A stretch of 63,422 bases of DNA, counting the filler, from Octopus bimaculoides (taxonomy: Eukaryota), in the NCBI RefSeq assembly GCF_001194135.2. It is 6 parts of 5 records of this genome, joined end to end, with 100 filler letters (N's around TTAATTAATTAA, not from the genome) between each part and the next. Parts side by side here need not be neighbours in the genome. Positions count along the whole stretch, not along the records: positions 23,909 to 34,249 come from NC_068995.1; positions 34,350 to 42,803 come from NC_068984.1; 4 more parts are not named here. The stretch is one strand, 5' to 3'. Both the position numbers and the translations under genes were made by a program. Below are positions 26,843 through 38,030 of this stretch, in pieces; position 1 is the stretch's first letter, and each line of letters starts with the position of its first letter. The notes under the pieces are model-generated. The model was given only the letters and a program-made list of their open reading frames with translations, did not search any database and had not been told where the DNA came from.

Positions 26843-28869
26843 CTGGAAATGTTGAGTAAAAAAGAGACAATAAAACAAGCAAGTCATGGTCAGGTGACAT
26901 ACTCTGCATATGATTTAAGAAAAAAGGAGAAAGAAAAGAAAAACAGTGCAATTATTTCTCAATCTATAAATACTCACATCAGCACACAATTTGTTAAGAT
27001 GCAATTTGTAGATTATGTAAAAACATTTTAAAAGAAGTTGTTACATTCAAGGAACAACGAACAAAAGATTAACTGCTCAGCTATTATACATACACACACA
27101 CCAGAAAATCCAGCTAGAATCACCCTTTTGACTAACATGGCAGCGAGCTGGCAGAACCGTTAGCACGCTGGGCGAAATGCTTAGCGGTATTTCGTCTGCC
27201 GTTACGTTCTGAGTTCAAATTCCGCAAAGGGTCGATAAATTAAGTACCAGTTACACACTGAGGTCGATGTAATCGACTTAATCCCTTTGCCTGTCCTTGT
27301 TTGTCCCTTCTATGTTTAGCCCCTTGTGGGCAATAAAGAAATAAGAATCACTCTTTTGACTAACATTTCTTAACCCTGTCACACTATATTCCCACTGTAG
27401 CAGGAATAGGTTAAACGTCATCTCTATTAGATTCTCAGTAAAACAGTAATGAACGAAACACGTAGAAAAAGAAGATATAACTGATTCTGTCGATTGGTTT
27501 GTCTGCTATCATTACTCTTGAGCTGTATTTCTTCTATTTGTTTGTCATTTGACTGTGGCCATGCTAGAGCACCACTTTTAGTCGAACAAATCGAACCCAG
27601 GACTCATTTAGAATGAGAAGTGTAAAGAGGACATTCGTAGGATTTGAACTCAAGAAGTAAAGTTTGAAACTAAATACTACAAGGTTCATTACTTTCTGAA
27701 GCATTATATATTTAACAAATGTCTTATTTGCATCACTAAGTTCAAATCCTCGAAACTAGACCAAGAAATCCTCAATATAATTCTAATTCATCATAAAGTC
27801 ACCAAGCTCAACTATCACAAAATTTGAAGGGACATAACTAAATACTGCAAGATATCTTGTTCATTATTGTTCTAATATTGATATAAGGCAAAAATATGGA
27901 GAGGAGTGAGTTAAATTTATAACAAATCCAGGACTTGAAAGGGTACTTGTTTCATTAACTACGGAGGGGTGAGAAGCAAAATCAATAATTATAAAACTAT
28001 TTGAAGTACAACAAATATATTTTTATTGAATACTCTCTTACCCACCCAACCGCAGACAAAAAAAAACCTATATGAAAAGAAGCGAATTATATTTGAATAG
28101 GAAAATGAAGTGGTACGAAAAATACACTGTAGTTTATAAAAGTAATACTGATAGAGTTCCTAGTTGCAAGGGAGATAATCAATGGAAGCTAATAAAATCT
28201 TAATGCATTACAATAGAATTTCTTGCTTTTAATTATGGATTAAACTGTGTAACTGTAACTTATAGCTGTCACCTTTTTAAATTTACCGCCTTATTTCCAC
28301 ACAAGAATAGATAACTGGCTGGTTTGGCTGGCTGGGATTTTAGGAAGATTATTTCTTTTTTAAATAAATTTGTACATTTCTGTATTAATGAAGCAATTAT
28401 TTTACACCTGAATGCCCTTTTCTACACTGACCACAAATTAGAAGTAGGACCTTGTTAATGAAACAGACTTAAAATTAAACTCTGTGCCAAGAAATAGGAC
28501 ACAATGAGACTACCAAAAGAGAGAGAGAGAACACAGTATGACTCAAACCTCATGAGGAGTATCTTCACTCTGTGACCACTGCACTCCAGTTCATAGATGA
28601 GAGGCAGATAAAAGAACAGAAGTGACATATACAAGCACAAAACTTGCTAAATGTTTAGCAGATCTGAAATTATTCAAGGACACTGAAGCATTTTACATCA
28701 TGGAGGTAACATGACAGCTGCTTCAAATGTACACTTCCTGACCACTCGGTTCCATGTTCAGTCCTACTGTGGGGTACCTTGGATTTGTGTCTTCTGCCAT
28801 AGCCTTGGGCTGACCAAAGACTTGCAGATGGATTTGGTAGACAGAAACAGAAAGTAGCCCATTGCATGT

Positions 28870-28900
<31 letters not shown>

Positions 28901-29678
28901 CATTGTCTCCTTGTCTTGACATTGCATGATTGTTGTAAATGAGTACCACCACCATACAAGCAGTGTCCATTTTCAATCTCCCTTGAAAACATGTTCAGTC
29001 ATGAGGAAATATTACACTGGAAACAGGTGGAGGTTGGTGACAGAAAGGGCATCTGGTTGTAGGAAAAATTTACCTCAACAAATTCTGTTCAACCCATGCA
29101 AGCATGGAAAAGTGTATGTTCAAACAATGATGCTCGTGACAACATAGGCTATCAAATTTACCTTTACTTAACATCACAACAGTATCATTGATTAAGCCAT
29201 AGTAACACAGTCACTGACACTACTCTTCTAATACAAGGAAATATAGTATCTGTATCCCAGTCATAAAATTACAACGAAACACTAAAAATGAAACCAAATC
29301 AAAGAGAAGCAAATATAACTGTGTATTTTAAATGGCTATCACAATGGTTTTAACACCAGTCATTCCAAGACTTGGAAGGAACCACTGCACCATCTCATCA
29401 CCACTCGTGTCTCAATCTTATCTATTGGTCCCAACATCCTTAAATCTGATCTTACTTCTCACACTTTCAATTGTTACCCATACATCCACTGGCAGCTCAA
29501 GACACATTTTGAACTCTCGTTATTCGTACTTGCCCCATTCATAAAACATGCTCATACCAACACAGCTAATTTATCCTCTTGCCGTCTTTAAACACCCACC
29601 AGGTCTCTCACCTGACTTCTGCTCCATCATTCAAACGGGTTAAAGCAAAATCCTTTCACACTTCCTATACATACTTAC

Positions 29679-29854
29679 TATATTTTGTTTTGGTGAGTTG
29701 AGAGCAGTTTTCGGGACAGTCATCATCAATACAGTGTGGACTAATCAAATTCGGGCAACATTCAAGCTTAATACATATCTGTCGACAGAACTCGTCAAGC
29801 TGTTTCACATTTCGGCACAGCTCAACAGCAGCACGATAACTCTTGCCCTTGTAT
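29679..29854 (-). CDS. SFMBT: SFMBT homolog, internal exon encoding C-terminal half of SLED domain (missed by ORF track)
   Basis: tttttcgttatttAG acceptor; reads (K)YKGKSYRAAVELCRNVKQLDEFCRQICIKLECCPNLISPHCIDDDCPENCSQLTKTKY; A|gtaagt donor. 176 nt, phase 2 in, phase 1 out, continuing the frame of the 31045 exon. Matches SFMBT YRGKTYRAVVKI...KLECCPNL...CPENCS..TKTKY. Confidence 0.95.
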
Positions 29855-31044
29855 CTAAATAACGAAAAAGAAAAGAAAAAAATTGTAGTTGTAACAATAA
29901 TTTCTTACATTGTCAATAATAATTAATAATAATAATTTCTCTGTCAGGTAGACATGGGTATGTAATTGAGCAGTTTGCATGCCAGCCTCATACTTTCGGG
30001 TTCAATCCCACTGCGTGGTAACTTGGGCAAGTGTCTTCGGCTACAACTCTGGGCGAATCAAAGCCTTGCAAGTGAATTTGGTAGACAGAAACTGAAAGAA
30101 GCCTATGGCTTGTGCATCCATGTGTGTGTGTGGTTGTCTTGATATTCATGACAGTTGTAAGTGAAAGTAACCATCATCCAAGTGGTGTCATTCATTTCCA
30201 ATCCTCTAGGAAAACATGTCTGGTCCAGGGAAAATATTCCCTTACTTGGTGAGGATCAGCAACAGGAAGAGAATCTGACCATAGAACTCATCATCCTCAT
30301 CATCATCGTTTAACGTCCGTTTTCCATGCTGGCATGGGTTGAACAGGCCACCCATGCAAGCAGGAAAATGGTGGTGGTAGTGGTGATGATGCACAAGGAA
30401 GAAAATTTTTTGAAGGACAAACAGCAGTGATTATATCAAGCATACAGTTGACAGCTACTTTACAGATCCAAGATAAATGAAAGGCAAAGGTATTGATGGG
30501 AAGATTTGAACTTAGAACATAAAAATATTAACTGGAACAAGGTATTTTGTCCTGCATTCTTTCATCATCACTATCATCATTTGATGTCCACCTTCCATGC
30601 AGGCATGAGTTGGACGGTTTGACAGGAGCCAGCCAGGTAGAAGACTACTCCAGGCAACTGTCTGTTTTGACTGGGTTTTTACAGCTGGATGCCCTTCCTA
30701 ACACTAATCACTATGCAGAGTAGACAGAGGGATTTTTACATGGCACCAGCACAGGCGGGATCAGTTTTGGCATGGTTTTTACAGCTGGATACCCTTCCAA
30801 ATGCCAACCACTTTACAGTGTAGACTGAATGCTTCAATCATTTTCTAATACAGAACAGACCTTAAATCCATCAACTCTGAGACCTGGCTATTAACAAAAA
30901 TTGACCATTAAAGTAGAGCCCCAGTGTTGGAGGGCCTACGAAGGTCATAGGTAAAGCTTAGTCTTCTTACTAACCCAGTAAGAAAAAAAAGACAAAGACA
31001 ACACCCTAAGATGTAAGATGAAGAAAAAAGGAAAAATGACTTAC

Positions 31045-31282
31045 TTTGCTTTTAAAACTTGTTGATGCATGTTAGGGTTGTCTTCTCCATCCACTTGTAA
31101 CTCACGTAACACACGACTGGATTTATAGGCCACATTAATCAACATAGTCAGTACTTCCGTCATGACTAGTTTGATGGGGCCAGGACCAATTGATTTAGGC
31201 AGCTCAGCTATGCGACTCTTTGCCAGATAGGGACCAGAAAAGCAACGGTGATTGTAGTATATCTTAGGGCACCACGTGTCCT
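31045..31282 (-). CDS. SFMBT: SFMBT homolog, internal exon encoding N-terminal half of SLED domain
   Basis: Translation [62 protein letters not shown]...VLKAK closely matches the vertebrate SFMBT1/2 SLED sequence as I recall it ([31 protein letters not shown]...LKAK). Polypyrimidine tract plus tacAG acceptor; AA|gtaagt donor. 238 nt, phase 1 in, phase 2 out. Confidence 0.95.
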
Positions 31283-33038
31283 CTGTAGAGATAGAAATAA
31301 AGACACAAATTTTTTTTAAATGCAAGGAAATAGATGATTATTAAAATAGTTTAAAAGTTTTTGACATGTATCGTAACAGTATAATGATACAATAACAGAA
31401 TGATATTGCTCTATATTTCTAAAACAATGGATTTTTTAAAATTTCGAAAGGAAGTTCAAGCAATTATATCAATCCAAAATTTGATTGAAACTTATTTTAT
31501 CAACCTTGCAAGGATGAAAGGCAAAGCTAATCATGATAGGATTTGAACTCAGAATGTGAAGGGACAACTAAATATTGCAATGCACTTTGTTCATCACTAT
31601 CAATTCTGATAACCTGTCACTCTATAAAATAACAGTTTCAAATTTTGGCTCAAGGCCAGCAATTTTAGGGAGATGGGGTATTTCAATGACATCTCTCCCA
31701 GTGCTCAATTGGTACTTATTTTATCACCTCATCCTCAACTTGGTACTTATTTAATTGACTCGAAAGGATGAAAGGCAAAGTCAACTCCAGTGAAATATGA
31801 GCACAGAACATGAAAAGCTAAAAAGAAAGTAGTTAAGCATTTTGTCCAACATTTTAAAAATATCTCTTTAAAATTCTTAAAGTTTAATAATTAGAAACTA
31901 AAACAAACACCTTACGACAGTTAATAAATATGTTAAAATGAAGCAATATTTACCTTCAATATTGACATTTTTAATTTTATTGTATGTATCTGTGGCTGAT
32001 AAATGACTTTCAATTGTCACTGGTCTACAATAAAAAGAATATAACTTGATGACAACATGAAACTTAAGCCAATATAGTCAGTATTATTTAAACAAAGTAA
32101 TAAAGAACCATTGTGTTAGACTACAGCAATAAATCATCACCATTTTACATCGATTTTTTCCAATACCAGTATGCTAGTTAGAGAGGTCTATTCCAAAACT
32201 TCTCTCCACTTGCTGTAGTCCATCACCTGATATATATACAACAAAGAAAATTATTAAGCTTTTTGTTCTGTATGTCATGTGGATTCCCTTTTTTGAATGC
32301 TCTTCTTCTCATCAACCATTAGAAAACGCACTCTGAATATGTTTTATTTTTGTGACTGACGCTAGAGAGGTTGCTCGTTAGAACCAAAGAGATCCTTCTA
32401 TTCTGTGTAAGCTTTTATACAGAGTTAGTGCTCTCCAAGACAAGATGCCCTTGCTACAGCTTGTTAAGTTTAAATCTTCAACATGTCTTCAATAAACTCC
32501 ATCAGATACATGCAATCATGGAAAGGTGAACATTAAAAAAAAAATCTTTAAAACTAAATCATGGCTTTTTTTATAGGGTTAAAATACATTAATGCAACAT
32601 GGTCTTAGAAACATCAAAATTAGGATGCCAATTAACCCTTTCACAACAAAATTGTAATGAAATACACCTACCTATGACTTGAAATAATCGCAGCTTGAAG
32701 GGATTTAGTAAAATAATTTTGTCATTATTCAGATGGAGCTTTAGACACAGTAAAATGAATCATATATGACCACTTTATAATGTGACAGGTTTTGTGTCAA
32801 AGGACAAGGGGTGGTCTCAGTTAAGTCGGTATAAAAACTTTAAAACAAACAGCCTCTGGCCATGATTTATGTATTTTCATCCATCAACATTATTCAATGT
32901 CTGTCTTCCATCCCAGCATGAGTCGGATGGCTCCATAGGATATGATAAATCGGAAGACCGCATTGTGAAACAATGTCTGCTTTAGCATGGTCTCTGTGAG
33001 CAAGAATGCAATGATTATGGGTGGGAAGTGAAAGAAAT

Positions 33039-33240
33039 TTTGTGTCATTATTTCTATCACTACAGAGGACATGTGGTGCCCTAAGATTTACTACAATCAT
33101 TGTTGCTTTTCTGGTCTCTGTCTGCAAAGAGTCACATAGCTGAGCTGCCTAAATCAATTGGTCCTGGCCCCATCAAACTAGTCATGACGTACGTACTGAC
33201 TATGTTGATTAATGTGACCTATAAATCCAGTCATGTGTTA
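33039..33240 (+). pseudogene. Inverted, 3'-truncated duplicate of the SFMBT SLED exon including its 3' splice site
   Basis: Manual alignment to the reverse complement of 31107-31309: 203 columns, 13 substitutions and a 1-nt deletion (~93%). Perfect 55-nt core at 33135-33189; no donor site; frameshifted. Confidence 0.95.
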
Positions 33241-36200
33241 TTTATAGTTGTGATAGAATGGTAGCAGAGAGTAACAGGGTCCAAAGCTAGTGATATTGGA
33301 GAGAGAAAAAGAGTCTTATAATCTTTTGCTGTACTTGAGAAGACACATCAAGCTGAGTAAAATTGCTGTCTTCCACACATATAGGCTCCTCCTTTCAGGT
33401 GCCAGTGCCACTTAAAAAGCACCGTGCCACTGCTGCATTAGCGCCTCTGTGCCAGTGCTGCATTAATGCACCCATACCAGCGCAGCATACACAGTGCCGG
33501 TGACACATAAAAATCACCCAGCACACTATGCTAAGGGCTTGGTGTTAGGAAGGGCATCCAGCCATAGAAACCATGCCACAACAGACAGCTGGAACCTGGG
33601 CAGCTCCCTGCTAGCCAGCTCCATGTCAAACCATCCAACTTATGCCAGCATGGAGAGTGGACATTAAACGGAGGTGATGATGAAGATGATTCATTTAGTG
33701 TCCATGTTCCATAGTGGCATAGGTTGGATGGCTTGACAAGATCTGATGGGCCCAAGGATAGCATCATGCTCCAATATCTACTTTGGTGCAGTGTCCACAG
33801 TCAGATGTCCTTACTCTTTCACTTGTTTCAGTCACTTGACTGTGGCCATGCTGGAGCACCGCCTCTAGTCGAGCAAATTGATCCCAGGACTTATTCTTTG
33901 TAAGCCTAGTACTTATTCTATCGGTCTCTTTTGCCGAACCGCTAGGTTACGGGGACGTAAACACACCACAATTGGTTGTCAAGCGATGTTGGGGGAACAA
34001 ACACAGACACACAAACATATACACATACATACATGTATATACATATATATATATATACACATATATACATATACATACATATATATATACATATACATAC
34101 ATATATATATATACATATATATACATACATATATATACATATATATACATATATATACATACATATATATACATTTATATACATACATATATATACATCA
34201 TATATACATATATATACACATATATACATACATATATATACATCATATANNNNNNNNNNNNNNNNNNNNNNNNNNNNNNNNNNNNNNNNNNNNTTAATTA
34301 ATTAANNNNNNNNNNNNNNNNNNNNNNNNNNNNNNNNNNNNNNNNNNNNTTCTTGTAAAATCATTCGATTTCATTGTACTGCCCTTTCTATGTATGTCCT
34401 TATGGATAATAAAAAAATTAAGAAACAGCACGCCGAGCGAAATGCTTAGCGGTATTTCGTCTGCCGTTACGTTCTGTGTTCAAATTCCGCCGAGGTCGAC
34501 TTTGCCTTTCATCCTTTCCGGGTCGATAAATTAAGTATCAGTTACGCACTGAGGTCGATATAATCGACTTAATCCCTTTGTCTGTCCTTGTTTGTCCCCT
34601 CTATGTTTAGCCCCTTGTGAGCAATAAAGAAATAAGAATCGTTAGCACACCGGGAAAAATGCTTCGTGGCATTTTGCCCGTCTTTGTGTTCTGAGTTTAA
34701 ATTCCGCCGAGCCTGATTTTGCCTTTCACCGTTTCGAGAACGATGGAATTAAGTATCAGCTATACACTCGGGTCGATGTAATCGACATAACCTTCCCCAG
34801 AAAATGCTGGTTTCGTACCAAGATGTGAAACCAGTATTACGTAACAGTTGTTAAATTGCAGTCCTGAGGTAATAAAAATTGTTGACAGCCTGCTTAATTT
34901 ATTATCTATTATTAACTAACTTGTCTACATAAATTAAACGGTAGTCAGCCACTATTTATTACACAACATACGTCCGACCAACGATTTTTTCTTTTATTTT
35001 AATCTACAGAATGAAGGCATCAGCGTTTAACCTATATTGCAACCACAAGTTCTTATTTATGGTTGCAATATGGATCCCTCATTACGTTTTACCGATAAAT
35101 CAACTAAAAGAGATTGTAAAGGCATTTGCTTACTTGTTGTAACACAATAAACTCCCTCTTATCCGATACTCAACCGGAAATTTTCAAGCAACCGACACTC
35201 AGGAAATGTGTTGCTACATGGAGTCAGGAGAATTTGTGCTAATTTGTGTTAATTGTCATTGTATTTAAAATGGATCGCTGCTTCTCCAAAGTACAATAAC
35301 TTATTTTACTGCATTAAGAATACCTATATTTTGTTAATAAAACATGTTCTCAAATTATATTTCCCGTTTCTCTCATTTCTACTATATTTGGAAAATTACC
35401 GATAATACTTACGTATAAATAGAGTTTTAATGCGTTTTGTAAGGTGTTAAGATAATTTCCAGATATCTGATCAAGAGATATCTGGAAAATTTAGTTATCT
35501 GGCAACCCTCTGGTCTCTGTGATGCCAGTTAAGAAGGAGATTTCTGTACTTGAAATAAATCATAATGCTGATGGAATTTACGAGCGATTACAATGAAAAT
35601 TTTATGAAACAATCAACGGATTTCTCATTGAAACGACTGCCAAGCTGCTTTAGATAGATATCTGTTGGAGGATCACGTACGCTGAAAAACGAAAGGCTGC
35701 AAAAGGTACTGGTTGGGCAATTTTGAGCATTTGGGGCGATATTAAAAGTAAACATTCTCTGCTTCCGTTATTTGTTTGGACAGATCTGTAGGATAGAGGA
35801 CATCTGGTGACCTCTTCATTACTTAATTACTGTGCATGGTTGCATTCGTTTCTGATTGTTCCTGTGGGTAATTCCCTTAACAATGACGACTTCCACATCA
35901 GCTTAGCCCAGTGTATTAGAGGCAGCAGTGTGCCAACCAATAAGGCGGCGAACTGGCCGACACGTTAGCACGCCGGGCGAAATACTTAGCGGCATTTCGT
36001 CTGTCTTTTGTTTCTAAGTTCAAATTCCGTCGAGGTCGACTCTGACTTTTATCCTTTCAGAGTCGATAAATTAGGTACCAGTTGCGAATTAATCGACTGG
36101 TCTCCTCCTCCAAAATTTCGGGCCTTGTACCTAGAGTAGAAAAGAATACTTTGGACGGGAAGGGTATTCACGGTTTGTCCTTGAACGACGGTCATTTTCT

Positions 36201-36561
36201 TTATTACTCTGCAAACCACCACCGCATTCAATGACATTAAAGAGAATGAGAGAATAGCGAGAGAGATAGAGGAGCAAGAGAAGAGCGAGAGAGAGAGCGG
36301 AGCGAGAGCGAGAGAGGGAGAGGAGCTCCTCTTTCTCTTGTTCCTCTCTTTCTTGCTTCTCTCTCTCTCGCTGCTCTCTCTCTCTCTCGTTCTTCTCTCT
36401 CTCTCTTGCCTAACCTGTCTTTAATGTCTTATCAGTTCTCGTGTCTTCAGGCTTGAGCGGAATTGATAGTAAGCATCTGTACGGAAAACTATATTTGATG
36501 GCATAGAAAAAAGCACATTTTCTCTACAAAAATGTCTCCAAAAAAACAAACAAAAAAAATG

Positions 36562-36715
36562 CCAAGTTGGCGAAAGTAAAGAATATGTACACCCGATGTT
36601 TAGGGTTAGGGCTTAGGAAGAGGGATAGAGTTTAGGGTTAGGGTTTAGGGCTAGGGTATTTGTTACACCGAAAACGGATGGTGTACGTATTCTTTATTTC
36701 CGCCTTCGAAATTGG
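36562..36715. mobile_element. Old fold-back element with internal TTAGGG-like repeats
   Basis: Arms 36569-36593 and 36680-36704 are complementary at 22/25 positions; interior holds TTAGGG/TTTAGGG/CTAGGG units. Confidence 0.65.
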
Positions 36716-36865
36716 TCCTCCCATAAGATAATTTAATCCCTGTTACTAAATATGCACAGTTGAAATAGGGGTGCGTCTAATGTGAACGTGACAATATGGG
36801 ATTATTCTGTTACTGGCTATAAACAGTAGTAGACACTTTCCTAATTGTAGAATATTATTCAGTCG

Positions 36866-37134
36866 GGTACTACTAAAGCAGAGTGGTCCCGAACGCGCAG
36901 TCGCGCAGTCACGCGTCCGCGCTAGCTAGTCGTGAGTGGTCGATCCTAATCCTAACCCTATCTCTATCCCTAACCCTAACCCTATCTCTATCCCTATCCC
37001 TAACCCTAAACACATGTATTCATTTGCACACGCGCGCACGTGCACTTTTTGTAGGATCGACCACTCACGACTAGCTAGTGCAGTCGCGCGACTGCGCGGG
37101 TGCGCGTTCGGGACCACTCTGCTTTAGTAGTACC
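36866..37134. mobile_element. Young MITE, Mutator-like (9-bp TSD), with telomere-like interior
   Basis: Perfect 34-bp outer and 27-bp inner inverted arms; ATTCAGTCG duplicated at 36857-36865 and 37135-37143; CCCTAA/CCCTAT hexamers inside. Confidence 0.88.
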
Positions 37135-37859
37135 ATTCAGTCGATGTCTTTTCAGCTTCCTGTATAATGCACCTTACTATAACTCAGAAAGAGTCAATGG
37201 TCAATGGAAGAGAATCTACCTAGTCAAAAAACTTCTTAGAAATAGTAGCCATGGCTGCTATTTCTAGGAAGTGTATCTGATACAAAACTTTTGCCCTCCC
37301 CCCTCACCAACTATGGTCATTTTTAGTACACTGTTACATTATGCCTTCGACTGTGAGGTTTTAGTTTTATATCTTCTGTAAATCCTCGTTCTAAATCATA
37401 TTTCACCTCAACATCATTCTCAAAGTTTTACTGCACTAAACTTTAAGAAAAAAAAAAATATAAAGCGAGTGAGCTACAAGTATTACGAAAAAATGAAATC
37501 AGTGATTCGAAACAAAATAATAAAATAATTTCAAAAACGAATTACGTGTGCAGGGAAAAGAATTTCGGTTTTCATCCATTAAATCCTCATTTATATATTC
37601 CTCATCTGGACTCGTTAAAACAGTCATATCTTACATGGAATTCATTGTTTAATGAAATTTTATTTTCGTTGCCATGGAAATATATTTCATTTATGACGTC
37701 ATCATATCACAAATCGAACTTAATGTATGTAGAAAGCGGACGAAAAAGACGATTGAGTTCTGTAGTATTTTCTCAGAGATGATCTGTTAAAATCGACTGA
37801 AAATATTTGGTTGTATTTCTGGATAGAATCTCATATCACATTTTATTAAATTCCTTGAA

Positions 37860-38030
37860 TGTAGGTCCACCAAAAGGCCCAGCTCTTATTGCAATATAGT
37901 GGGCTGTATGCCTCAATGAGTCTCTGAGGGATGCCAGCAGAATGCAAACTCTTGGCTGGACCTCCCGTGCTGGATAGGTCAAAGGATAGGGGCCAGACTA
38001 AAAGAGACTACCTGCTCCCAAAGGTAAAAA
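37860..38030 (+). mobile_element. Probable RTE-LINE 5' UTR fragment
   Basis: CCTCCCGTGCTGGATAGGTCAAAGGATAGGGGCCAGACTAAAAG resembles RTE 5' UTRs (from recall only). Confidence 0.4.

Noticed and set aside
32185-32226. Possible upstream SFMBT exon after atatatcAG (minus strand)
   Set aside because: Stops in all frames within 20 codons, no phase-1 GT donor and no MBT similarity.
33878-34305. Long ORFs rich in Y/I/H/T or C/V/M (also 13473, 42936, 44256-44656, 47239-47883, 63161)
   Set aside because: Translations of (TA)/(CA)/(GA)/(TCTA) microsatellites.
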